NCBI GenBank assembly: GCA_000934665.2
Contig: KZ538148.1
Coordinates: 62,001-126,000, forward strand
DNA: 64,000 bases
Origin: Catajapyx aquilonaris
Lineage: Eukaryota
Direction of reading: 5' to 3'
Below are positions 1-12,754 of the stretch, piece by piece (the first letter of the stretch is position 1; every line of letters starts with the position of its first letter). The notes beneath the pieces were generated by a model. The model saw nothing but the letters and a program-made list of their open reading frames with translations. It made no database searches and was not told the origin of the DNA. Position numbers and translations under genes: made by a program.

Positions 1-82
1 ATGCGCTGGTTGTGTGGAGTTTGAGCTGCCTAGGCGAGCTCCCAAAAACAATGTTCTGACTGGGCCTTCTCTTCCTTTGCAG

Positions 83-146
83 CCCCCCAAGCTGAACGTC
101 TACAGAAATGACACGGAGAGCTGGGACTTTACAAACCCCAACCTAG
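83..146 (+). CDS. HNRNPL: hnRNP L (smooth-like) internal exon, end of RRM2 region (PPKLNVYRNDTESWDFTNPNL)
   Basis: Pyrimidine tract plus CAG acceptor and GTGAGT donor at 147; peptide resembles the hnRNP L motif RLNV.KND..TWDYTNPNL. Confidence 0.9.
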
Positions 147-499
147 GTGAGTGCCCATTTACCAATTGGTTAATATTTTTTTTTTTGCTCATTTTTATCT
201 CCCCAACCTGTACCTCTCCCAGTGAACGTAAAGGTCTCTTTGCACGAGGTGATTTATAAACACATTCGTCATTTGGTGGAAACCAAATGCGAATTGTTAC
301 CCTAGCCAAATGAAGTGTACAGGCAAATCAGTCTGCCTGAGAAAACAAATCACCTCGTGTAAAGTGGGCTCGGTAAGGGATGACAGGATGACGTGGTTCT
401 GAAATGACATGTCCGCCCTTGGGAGTCTGTCAAGTCCAGTTGGTGCTGCTAACCTTGTGATCGCCATTCCTTTGTGTGATGAGCACGGAACCCCGGCTC

Positions 500-3400
500 G
501 AACCACCACCACCACCGCCACCAGCATCACCACCACCACCACCATCACATTGCCTCACAAGACACTTTTCGACACGACAAGTGGCCCTCCCTCTTCCACC
601 ACCACTACCACTACCACCACCACCACTACCTGGTCCAACACTCAAAATTATTGCTCAGATAAATAGCCTACCCAACACTCCTTGATGACGTAGCAAGGTG
701 CGTGCATTTCTTTCCCGTCCAAATTGATCAGGGGCCCATCAATCGCAGCCGAATTGCAGGCCCTGACCGGAAAAGAATCGTTTCATCACAATTACGGTAC
801 ATTTGATGCAGAATTACTCCGGGGGTGGTTTTGTACAGCTTGTGATTGATCAATCACAGCGCGACAAACTATTAATTACGTGCGCTCCATTTCAGGCACT
901 CATTGCAGCCCCCGTTTTAGGTGCCAAAGTATTGGGTGGCGAGACACACTCGCAACAATTGCAGACAAAAGGCCGGTATGACCGGATGGCAATAATTGCA
1001 AATTGCGGCTTTTAGATCGGGTTGATTGGATTGCAGAAATTGCACTGCTGCTCGCTGGTACGTTTCCAGCCCATTTGCAGGGCAGACCTTCGGACAACCA
1101 GCCGCGTAACTGTGCTTTCTGGCCACAGTTTTAGGAGAGATTGCAAACAACAACAAAAAGAGACAAAATAAAAATAAAAAAAACATCCAGGGATACTGCC
1201 TGTCAGAGAGATACCAGCGTAAATTTCAACGACAGGAGAGGCCTTTATGCGACCTGTTAGACGTTTCGCGCCGACTACAACAAGGGACATGGAGTGGCCG
1301 TAATAGTCCGCGAATGGCCTACACAAAGATCCAATTAACTCAATTATGGACATAAATGCCAGTTACATGGCCGCCGAGGCATCCAAGTTTTGTCCTGAAT
1401 GTCTTCGGCAGCGTCGAGAGGGGGGGAAAAAAAGAGGGGGTGCCGATATGCCGGGGGAACCGGAAGGAAGCGATGAAAATTTGCAATGTTCCGCTTTTCC
1501 CTTGTAGCATTTTCCGGGAGTGCTCAGCACTGGCCAGGGTAGATTAAGTCCAAACCCGAGTCGATTAGCCATGGAGGAGAGTCCTCCCGATGCAGGCGCC
1601 GCCGGAAAAAATCAATAGGGAAGCAGCATTACCCTCTACTCTCGCTGTGCGCTCCGAAAGGATAGGTATAATCCAAATACACGCGCCATTATGCGACCCA
1701 CGGGTGTATACATATAAGGGAGGCTTGTAAATCCAACATTTTTTTCCCTGTGTGACCCTCTGGCCGCTTTGTAGCATACCCCGTTCTGCCAACACAGGAC
1801 TGGCCCAGCGACTCGTCTATACGCGACTGTGACACCCGCACAAGAAACTTGAGTAGGACATGGGGAGGTTGCAGATACATCACATTGTCATCCAGAAGCG
1901 AAATTTTTCACGAAATAGGACACAAAACAGTGACACGTGGATCTCACTTTTCGGGGACAAATGTCGTCTCTTTTTCCTCCTCTCCCATCCACCCTTTTCG
2001 CGACTCCCTCCCCTTTTTAGCTGCATTCAGACAGGATCGATATTGATGCTTTAAAAATGCGACGGACATGCATATCCAAATTTACTAATTATTTACAATT
2101 ATTTTGTTGCGCACGTGATGATGCGTGCGGAGGCGAGATTCGGTCGTGTCCAGCTTTGGATTCGGTGCTAGGATCTGGACAACCCTCCTTTTTTCATGTT
2201 GTGAGTTGCATCAAGTTCATTGGTGCATGATTCTTGTGAAGGACTGGCACAAAAGGCGGTAATTTAAACCTTCCTGGGAAGGGTTTTACTTCCGTTATCG
2301 CAACAATTAAAACAGCGGGGGGGACAAATAATAACTGCTTCCAAACCGGATGGTGCGACCGAAATGGGCACTATTTCACCCGGCACGAGTGTTAGTGTAG
2401 GAATGTTGAATTACTCGTTTGACGTGACTGAGTAAATGATTTTTGGGAATTGGGGACCGTGCATAAATTTCGATTGCTGAGCCTGCCCCACTTGGTAGCC
2501 ATTTTTTATAAATAAATTATAGCGTTATTAGTAGATTGCCTTTCTGTATATACAGGGTTGTTCCGAAGGTTGTGGGAAAACTTCATAACGTCACTTGTAA
2601 CAGACGGGATATGATCAAGCAATATTACCAATCCGCAATCACACAATCACGTCAGTAATGCAGGCTTGGATTTTCATGCTGGCATATCCTGCAAATATCA
2701 CTTTCATGCAGGTTGGGCGATCTGCTGATTCATTGAACTATTGCGAAGCCAACGATATAGCTATCAATCACAGCAGTACGGGTTATACAGTAACATAGAT
2801 ATGCCCATATGAGGAAATTACGTCAATAATGTTCCTTCATTCACAGGCCCGTAGTGACTCAGGATTACTTGGGAGGACACGGGTATACCAAAGTTGCTCT
2901 ATTCTGCCCCCTCCATTCTCGTTTTCCCACAACCTTTGGAATAACCCTGCATAGGTCTGCTGCGGTTCGTCGTGCAGTACTTACCAAATAACTATAGCTT
3001 TTGAGATGAAAATGCATGGAAGCGAATTTATTCAGCAGTTGCAAATACCGCTCTGGAGTGAAAGATTTCTTTGGTCATTACAATGATTAGTAGTCCTACT
3101 TAATGTGCAGTAAGGGATTTCAGGATATACTAATTTATGAGCCATTTGTTTCAGTTTTAGGTGATGGGCACTTGTAGGCAGGATAGCTGTAAAAGGGCGA
3201 CACTTGCAGGATATAATTTCTATGGGATGTGTTTTTATTTGTTAGTTTTTTTTAATGCAAGGCGAGGTTCTCCTATATGTCGTAGTATTTTTCTGGTATG
3301 AAAAGTGTTGATGGATTTTTTGTTATACTGTATCAGAAATTAATCATTTGTGTCGTATGCTTGAAAAATCTGCAAGTAACTGACTAGATGTTCCTCGTGA

Positions 3401-6400
3401 TATAATCCAAGTGGCCCATTATGATGGAAATGGAGAAGAGGTACTCCTCTGGTCCTTGCCTATATATATATGGCTGGCACACTGTATGTGAACGGCAGGT
3501 TCTCCACCGTGGATGCACGCATTACCAATTTGATTGTTAGCCCTCGAGGGTTGCCGCTCATTAATCCCGGAATGTTTTTTCCCCCCCCTTACCCCCCAAT
3601 GTATGTGTATTTACCTGCGTGGAAAATACCCTCCAGTGCCCAAACTCGGCTTGATGGGCGGGTCCGTTGATCTGCAATCATTTCCCAAATGGAGTAATTG
3701 AGAGGTAGTAATTAGTAACCAGCATGTTCTGCAAGTGACTAGTTTTTTTATTTAAAAAAATATTGCTCTGATGCATGAAAGGAAATGTGCAACTTGACCA
3801 CCAGATTCGATTGGTGCTTGCATTTTGTACTTGGTTTGGGAATGCGGGCGTTGTCGCTAGCATAGCTAGGAAATAATCTTCTCTAATGAGGCCCCCTAGC
3901 AGTACACTTGCTGTGCACAGCACGGTCATGGCCTGCAGGATCGGTATAGCTGTAGGCTGCTGTCATTAACGTCTGACTGCACATTGGGAACGCCAGCGCA
4001 GTGTATACGCCAACGAACGACGCCGCTTTTGCAGGGTCAAAAAAATATTCCTTTTGCAAAGTTATTGAACAGGCCTGGCCGCCTATTGAGAAATGTCACC
4101 AGTCAGCTGTCGTCGGGACCGTTTCTGTTTAGTAATAGCTGTTAATTAGCCTCCTGACTCTCTTTGCACCAACTCAGTGGCCCCCAGAATCGATAGGAGG
4201 GGGGAGTCCTCGCCTTGTAATTTGCAATTTCCCTTCTCCCCCTCCCCTCCCCGTCCCCCCCCCTTCCCCCAGCCTGTTCTTTCTGTGAATTATTATTCCA
4301 TGCACGAGGCCGGCTGGTAGGAAATAAACGGCAGGAGTATAGGCAAAGAGCAGTGGCGCTGATGGCCCTGGCTGGCTATGACTTCATCTAGTTCGGAAGA
4401 GATTCCATTCTAGCAGAATTGCAATCCCCGGCTGGAACGAAAGTCTTGATGTTTCTCGGCACCGAAATTCTTGCGAGTAGTACTACTCTTTGCCCCTCAT
4501 CATCATCTCCAGCTGCTGCTCCCACTTTAATCTGCGAATCCTCTCCCTAAGCAAGCCCCTCGGTTCCTTTCTTTGGGTAGGCCGCAGAATTACGCGGAGG
4601 ATTGTGCACTTTGGTGCGGCATAACTGCTCGGGACTTGGGAATTGCATGTCAGGAGCAAGTTGGAGGACACGCCGTCGGGTTCATTCGCCTACATTTAGC
4701 GTTTTATTCGCATTGTGTGCATTGCACATCGGGGGATGTAGCTAGCAGCCGTCTACTCTTCTGCGAGTTGCGTTTCTCTGGCCATGGCCTGACTCCGCAC
4801 CTTTCTGGGGTTGACACAAAAATTGCCGGTAGTTATCCAGTGGGGTTCGGTGGCCGTTGTGTGCGGGATTACAAACAGTATATGCAGGCAGAATGGTCCC
4901 TTTGAAAGGCCGACTGTAAGGAAACAAGTTGACCGCCTTTTGTACCAGGATAAATCCCCCGATTCTGGGTCGTGCAGGCTCCCAACTTGGACTTAATCCG
5001 ATGGAATCCGTAGAACCGCCGCCGGGGGGTTTGCGACATTGTGTCGTTGCAAAGAGGGGCGCACTTGACCCAGTCTGGCGACAGTTTGCGCCAATACAAG
5101 TGCGCAGGACATTGTTAATAGCCTGGCCCAAAGTGGGGGTCGCTATGATAGGCAGGGTTAAACAGTCGGCGTGTAGTTGTAGGGCCAGATATTCATCTTG
5201 GACCTTTGTGCCAACGTCCTCATTTGACATTCAGCAGTGGCAGCCAACCCGGCCTTAAGAAAACAGCGCGTGAGTTCCCCGGGACACTCGAGCTTCTCCT
5301 TCTCCAACAAGTGGAGTGGAATATCAACAGATGAGATCTTTCCGGGAAAGTTATTGCTAGGATACAACTGGGTGTTTGCTTTGACTTTAGGCAAATTGAC
5401 TCGCTATTGGCGCTTTTATTGCGGAGAGATGAAGAGAGCAGCGCATCGATTCCCGCCACCTACCTGCCTGCCTTTGCCTTACCTTGCAGGAAGCTGCAGG
5501 AACAAAAGACAGGCTTCCTGTTAACCGCCGCTTGTTTCAGCCCCCTCTCGGAAAATAATGAGCAACTTGATCTGCTTGTGCCGGATCGAAAAAGACGGCA
5601 GCAGCTTTTTCCCCCCTCAACCCACCCACCCTCGCCCGTGTTTTCCCGGGAGAGCAGGAGAGCCCATCTTCATTCATGCCGACGAATAAACGAATTCGGC
5701 AGTTGATGAAATCTCCATCGTGTTCCTCCTGTCGACGCCCGACTTACTTAAAAGCCTCCGGATCAGCTTTGCAAATGGCGAGTCCTATTCCCCGGATGCG
5801 CTCAACCATTTTCCGGGACGCATTATCTTACGGGGGAGGCTGAGAGAGAGAAGGGAAGAGGGGGGGTGGGAGGCTCTTTTAGTCATTCGAAACCAAAGCG
5901 CGGCGAGGAAAATCGGGGTTCGGGGTGCACACAACTAGTGTTGTTTCCAGCCGAAAATACGGCAGCCGCTTCTGATCTTTGTTTGCTAATCCATAACTTG
6001 ATTTGTGTTCCTCACCCGCCCTGTGACTTGTGCGACAAGAGCTTCCCGTCGACGCTTTGCTCACGAAGGGTGCTAGTCCCAACTTCATCTAACTGCATGC
6101 CATTTTCTATCACTCATTTGTTCGTACTCTAAAGGTGCACTCAAAGTACAGTACAGCTGATGTCAGAAGTTGAATGGCCTTGTCAGTGTTCTTTATTTTA
6201 CCGGATATTTTAAATTAAAAAATTGCTGGAGCTGCCCACCATCGTGATTTTGAAGTCAACAACCGGATTTTTTCCCCCGGATTTTGAGTGTAGGCAAACT
6301 CCACGTCACTTTTTTGCCACCGCAGCTCCTTTCAGAGTAATTGGCGTCACATAATATCGTGGCACTTTCATCATGGTAAGGTTTTTCATCGCCACCTTTC

Positions 6401-9400
6401 AAAATGCACATTTAGTGCTGCTTCAGGCACGTGAGCATCTGCCAGCGTCCTCGCCGAACAGTAAAAAATTTCCGAGGTAGCTGTCGACCTGATTTTTATA
6501 GGCGGGTCCACATGATAAGTGTCCTAAAGTAACCTCCTAATAATCCATCCTTTCATAATGGAAAGTGTATTTGTGTAACTATAGACAGCAGCTTCCTGCA
6601 CGAAACTCGTTGAAGGTTCTAGAAAGCCTTGCTGCTTTTTTTTTGACACAAGCAAGTTGATTAGTTGCTGATCAATATCGAATTCTTGAAAGTTTGCAAC
6701 ATCGTGGAATTTTTCCTGGGATCCCTTGAGGGGGAAGCACAGTTGAGAGTTGACCCTGGGCCCAGAACTTTCTTTGTACCTTAACAAGTTTGCTAATAAA
6801 TAGCGGGTTCTTTGACAGCTTTGAATCTATTACGTCCTGATGCCCGCCAGCCTTCAACTGAGGTCGAGGGAAGGGTCAGAAGAATGCATATTAATGGCGT
6901 GTCATTCGCAACGCCTTGGGTTCTAATGGAGGCATCAGGGAGACATTTGACCTGTCAGAGTGCGCCAACATTTTACAAATTCATATCGCCTACTGAATGG
7001 GCCCACCATCTGTCGGGACATTTAGACTGTGAAAAAGAGGAAGGAGGTGGAAAAAGGAAGGAAAGGAAAGAAATTGTGGGTCCTGATTGTCAGGATAGGG
7101 CGAATCTAGGATAAGTGTCGATTCAGCATGTCTTTTACAAGCCAGATGTTAGATTTGGTAACAGGTGGAGTTCAGTTTCCACGTGATGGGATGAGATTNN
7201 NNNNNNNCCCCCCCCCCCCCTCCCTATACGATGGAATTACGTGTGGGGGATCCTGAAAATTACTTTGATGTACGGGTCTGATTATGGGAATAAATGTGTG
7301 CCGCAGTCACGTGGCCAAGTTTGGAAATCTTATTTAGCCCGGCCGCGTCGGGTTGATTACTTGTCGAGAGCGCTTTTTTAGCTGATGCCGCTCCATGTAG
7401 CTCAGGCTTCCTTTTACTGTGTGCAGAGTGCGTCAACCGTGTGAAATTGATTAATTGCTGATATGTTTGTTTTCATGGTTCAAGTTATTCAGGTGGAAAA
7501 TGTGCGGTTAAGTTTTATTTATTGCCATTTTGAGTCGTACATGGAATAGCGCTTTATTGTTCAACCACGAAAAACACGTCCTCGTCGCGACACACAACTA
7601 TCGATCAGCAAAACGTAGTAGTGGAGGCATATGTTTTCATTTCATTAGCAGTGTTGGCATCGCTAAAGTACATGTTGTGACGTAGACTAGATTTATAGCT
7701 AGCTCTCCTTCAGTTGCTAAAGTGGCACCAGAAACAGTTTTACAGTATAGTAAGCTGCATGAAACGTGTAACTTTTTAAACCGTACAGTGCTCAGCTTGT
7801 TATAAAAGCGACTCTCTGGAACCAAGCGGTTAGGTCAGTGTTTCAGACTCTAAAATTAGTTTCTTGAACTGGTGTAGTAAGCAAATTAGAGTGGGAGGGA
7901 GGGAAGGGAAATTAGTCTGCTGATGTGATGTGTGACTCTGAGAGGTGGCACAAGTCACAAGGTCGAGAAGTGACGACAGTAATTTTTTTTTTCTGAATTT
8001 GTTCAACATGTACGTCTACACCCTCGTTTTATTTGTCTAATATTTCAAGCTGTTTTTGCCGCTGCGGTGAGCTCATGGAAATTGCCTGTACCTACTGTGC
8101 GAGATATAAATCTCTCAACTAGGTGCAGTTTTGAGAATTTATTTTTAAGTGGAAGCAAGCAGGTAATTTGTACCAGTCGTCGTTAGGGCTTAAATTACAG
8201 ATCAGGAGATATTTATCGATTAAACGGATATTGCCGAACGGTTAACGATTGCACATGGCAGATAGGAACTCGAAGGGCAAGTTTAAAAACGCATAATTCT
8301 CCAGGGAGTAAAAAAGATGGGACAGGGCAATGTAAACAGCACAGTTTCGTCTTGGTCAGGTTTGTTGCCAACGCACTTGGGAAGGTTGATGACTAATGGT
8401 CCAGCTTTGTAAATACTGCAACAGCAGTGTGGTTCTACTCCATCCAGTTTTCCCTGGAGTAGCCTATGGCACAGTGGCTAGGATGTCGGGGAGGGGGCGC
8501 TCAAATGCCGGATTCATATAAGGCGGGAGCAAGTTGATTGGAATTCCCATCTGCGAAGAGTTAGGGCGACAGTGAAAGCGGCGGGGAGTAAATATAGGAC
8601 GCTTGTAAAGGGTTAATTGCAGAATTCCATTTGTCCGGGGGGGTGGTCGGGGGAGGGGTTGGATGGAAGTCATCCTGCTGGCAAGAGTGGCCATCCTTTT
8701 CTTTTGCTCGGTATCTCGGCCGTTTTGCCAGGGAACGAGCCGGGGGGACGCGGCCCAGGCTCACAATGCGACTATAAATTTGAAATAACGCATCCGATGG
8801 AGGTAATAGCCTACTGCCCCACCTTCACCTCGGATACGAATAACCCTTGTTTATGGCCAGCTCGGGGGGAAAGTTGGACGCCCCCCTCCCCTTCCCTCTC
8901 TCCCCGGCCAGACAACATCTTAGGGATGCTGCTTTTAATCGGACAGGCACGAGGAGAATTTTGAGACGTGTATCTCTGTCGGTGACGCTTTGTCTCGCTG
9001 TCGTTCGAGCTCATTTCTCGCAGTCGGCATCCGGAAGGGTGTCGAAACGGCTTCAAGCGGTGCACTCATGTAGTGGCGAATCAGGCATCTCTAATTACGA
9101 TTTTTTTTTCTTCGTTTCGTTCCACCCTCTTCTACTTCTTCTCGCCCACTGCATGGCTCCTTTGTTTTCTCGGGGGCCAACCCTCCGTGACCAACCATGC
9201 CCCCTTGAGAGCCTTCCAGAACAGGATTTATTGGCTGAATTCTTGCGCTTTGTGTCCCGAGGTGGAGAGGCCGAGCTCATCACCATGTAATGGCCGCCTC
9301 GCCAAAATAAGGCCGGGTTGGAGGTGATTCATCCCGTCCCAGAATAAACTCCTGGCCAGTCAATCGGGGGAAATGCGGCCTTGTGCCCTGGCCCAGCTTG

Positions 9401-10830
9401 TACAAAACGGCCCCCGCATTGCTTCCGTATGGAATGCAGGCGCAGTTTCTGCTGGTTGTTTACTAGCGGTCAGCCAGGAAATGCACAAACCCTGTGGGCT
9501 GCTGTGTTCTTTTCGGCACTCTCGGAAGGAGACAAAAAAAAGAAAGAAAAAAAACAGGGGTTGGGGAAACTTGTGGAGAAGTTCGATGAAGCGGTTCCAT
9601 AACAAGCTGACGGCATGACGAGCCGGCAGATGGGACAAGGAAGGAAAGTGGAGAAAGGCCCGGGAGCCTTGCCAACCAAACTCGCATGTATTCTTCCTGC
9701 TCTTTTTTGCCCACACTTTCTGGAGACAAGGCTTGCCCTAAATTTTTCTACAGTATGCAAATAGTATGCAAGTGGGAAGAGGACTTGTTTGCCTCTTGTT
9801 GAGCCAGGGATTGTGAATCTCCTGGGATGCGCACAGGTCATCTAACCCGGCCCCCTTTTTTTGCGCTGGAGATTTTCGGGCCTATTAATAGGGACGAGCA
9901 GTTAAGTAGGATGTAAACATAACCTAATTCCTGTCGCGATTTTAGTGCCCTGTTTTCCCCCTGCATTCTCACATAACTTGTCGAGGGCGTGCCTGTAGTT
10001 GGCTTTTTTATATAATAGGTTTTTTTGCGCCAGAGGTCACAACCTGTACCTTAGGGAAAGAGCACTGTGCACAGCGGGCTTCTCCGTCGCGCCCGGTTTG
10101 CAAATTAATTGCTCGTGCAGCTCCCAGAACACTGACGGGGGCCAAAGCATATTACACTCATAACTCAACTTCAGCGCCTTAATTTGAGGCCCTTAATCAC
10201 TACCTATTGACAGGCAGTACTGCGTGTTACCCCGAGAAAGCCGCGAAAACAATCCAGACCTGGAGAATTCCAGGACTGTGGAAGTCGAACCACTTGGACA
10301 AATTCTGGCGGTCGGGGCATTGTCTTTATTAAAACGAGGGGATATGATTGTGGAGGACGCGTGCCTTGGCGTGCCTTAGCGGAGGGTTGCATGGGTCGTC
10401 ATCAAAACGACAAGGGGGATGCTCTTGAGCCACAAGACGGTCCTGCTGGCGTCTTCCCAAGGAAGGAAACGGAGGGGGGTGTGTGTTAAAGGGGGGGAAA
10501 TGCGGCTGTCATTTTTGGAGGGAATTATGCCGTCTTTTTCTGCTCCTAGAGTGGCGCGCCAGTCCTGTCGCGGGATAATTTGCTTCACTAGGCAAGTTAC
10601 ATGGGGAAGTGGTGGTGATTTAAGTTGGGTGCAGGCGGTTCGAAGGGATTCCGATGAATACAGTCGGAGGTCAAGTTCCGGTCGAAGCACAAATGAATGA
10701 GGATAGACGAGGAACAGAGGCCGACATTTGGAATGATAATGATAATAATTGGGGGAAATTTTTGAGTCTGTATGATGGTGGGCGGAAGGTTTGGAACCAG
10801 TGAATTCGTTTGGTGGCGGTCTTTTTGGTG
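500..10830 (+). other. Giant intronic RNA hairpin I (arms ~500-2050 + 3500-5070 versus 5110-7150 + 8500-10830)
   Basis: Colinear antiparallel helices, e.g. 514-523/10811-10820, 682-690/10397-10405, 908-915/10135-10142, 1214-1223/9860-9869, 1384-1394/9725-9735, 1798-1805/9354-9361, 4511-4519/5598-5606, 4906-4912/5250-5256. Confidence 0.75.
2553..2949. mobile_element. Tc1/mariner-type MITE
   Basis: ~29-bp TIRs cagggttgttccgaaggttgtgggaaaac / gttttcccacaacctttggaataaccctg, with TA/CA flanks. Confidence 0.75.
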
Positions 10831-11519
10831 TGGAAATGAAAGGAAAGTTTAAAAAGAAAACAGTGAGCACAAAGATAGCTTGATTTTCTAATTGTGGTTC
10901 AAGGAAGTCGTGGCCAGATGATTAAGAGCCCAGCGGGGACGGCCTGAAATCCGTGAACCTGAATTATTACTCGTACTCATTTTGCATCAGAAAGTAACGC
11001 AGTAAAGTAACGATTGTAACGTTGGACGTATTTTCTTCTTTTGACTTAGTGGTGATGATCTTTTAGCCCACTTTTTTGCGGGGTGCCTTTCATTCCGCCG
11101 CCAAAAGACTTGCCGCCAAAAGATGCATCGGTTCCAACCCTCTAGTCTCTCAGCTTTTCGTCTTGCACAGGAATATTAGATGGGTTTGACAGCCGTGGGC
11201 TTGAGGTGGTGGTGCTACATTTTTCAAAATGCACCTTGGTCATGCATGGTAGCTGTAAAATCATAACATAATTCCAACTGCTGTAGGTCGTTGTTGTTTG
11301 TACCAATGCAGCCTGTAGAACTACGCATAGTATTCCTGGTTGTCGTGCCTGGATGATTAAAATTGTTGTGGGGTTGGCCACCGAAACCAGCGGTTGTAGG
11401 TGACTGATTTGTGAGAGTTTGTGTGTGTTGTTGTGCGTTTTTGCTGTTATTATTATTTTGTACTAATAATAATTCACTATTCTGTTCCTCATTTTTGAAC
11501 GCAAGGTCGAAAGGAATGT

Positions 11520-12356
11520 TTGTGTGCCCCCTCCCTGCTGCACTATTTTTGCGAGGTTTAGGAGCATCTGTGTTATTTGCGGAATTGTTTTGATTGGCCA
11601 AGGGCTCTATTCCACGTGCCGTTTGCGTGTGGACCTTCCACTACAGCATAGGGGGAATACTTTTCTCGTAGACGCGATTACTGGAGTACCAGCCATTTCG
11701 TGACAGGTACAAGAACGGCACCTGTGGGAAGCTCGTTTGAAACTGGCTCTCTCTTTTATGTTGTGGACTTTTTAGGGGTTAGTCCTTCTGCGAAGATGTG
11801 AAGACACAGAAGAGGGTGTGCGTACCGTTGCGACGTCGGCATGGCCCACCCACAAACCTGGAAACCTTTCTTTTTCATGATTTCAACTAACCTTCTCCGC
11901 CGGTATATATAGCTCGGTTCAGGTTGCAAAGAGCAGAAAAAAAACCATGTGAGATGAGACACTACACAGAGGTGATACCGTAGTTCCCACTCACAGACCC
12001 GCCACACTTCCAAGGGACATGAACCACAGAACAAGGAAGACAATTCGGAACACCACAAGCACATTGAAGAGTCACCAGGGAGCTGACAATGGACACGAGC
12101 CTCAACAACTCTTGGGGGAACTAACCTTCAACAGTCCACAACAAGACGCAACCAACAAACCAATCAAATAAATAGATAAATAAATAAAATAAAACCGCCA
12201 CAAGCGCCGGAAGCACAAAGGAATGGGGTTCAGAGCTCACTTATATCCCCCCTGTGGACTGTATAAGAGCATGCTCGTGTGTGAAGTCTGCAAAAAAATA
12301 TATATATTAAAAAATCGAAAGAGAAAAATTTAACTCGGGGGTGAGCAAGAGAGGCA
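11520..12356 (+). other. Intronic RNA hairpin II enclosing CA-rich tracts
   Basis: Nested helices 11544-11567/12271-12296, 11642-11655/12248-12263, 11760-11783/12120-12142. Confidence 0.7.
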
Positions 12357-12591
12357 ACTTTGTGCCAATTGTTGAGTAAAGATTCCGCTCCCCAACCTGA
12401 TGTTGTGCTGCTGCAGCTGCTGCCGCACACGGCTGTGATGTGTATTTATACATGTGACTTTCCATTTGCACAGGCCCGGCCGAGTTGAAGTTAGGCCATT
12501 GTTTGATGAATCTGATGGGCGGATAAAACCCCGGAGGCATTTGCGGCTGTGGAAGTTGCGGCCCCCTGCTGGCTGCATGCTTTTTCCTCAG

Positions 12592-12683
12592 GTTCCCAAA
12601 AGCACTGCGCAATTTTTCACTCCTTCAAACGGGGTGAAGACGGCCAGTGTCCCTCATTTCCTCTAACTCGTGTGGTGCTACAG
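12592..12683 (+). other. Candidate 92-nt frameshifting (poison) cassette exon of hnRNP L
   Basis: gctttttcctcag acceptor, CAG|GTAATA donor, length not divisible by 3; lies between hairpins II and III. Confidence 0.45.
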
Positions 12684-12754
12684 GTAATAATCACCTCCTG
12701 TGTAGCTCTCATCTCAATGGGGATTAGTGTATAGGGGGATGTGCTGTTTGCTTT

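Noticed and set aside
323..372. Possible 50-nt cassette exon (acag ... TCG|GTAAGG)
   Set aside because: Acceptor lacks a pyrimidine tract; insufficient support.
7199..7207. Run of N beside a C homopolymer
   Set aside because: Assembly gap, not a biological feature; the true length here is uncertain.
11886..12128. ctaacct heptamers resembling a TTAGG telomerase RNA template
   Set aside because: Too short to be significant, one copy is paired in a helix, and no promoter or other supporting features were seen.
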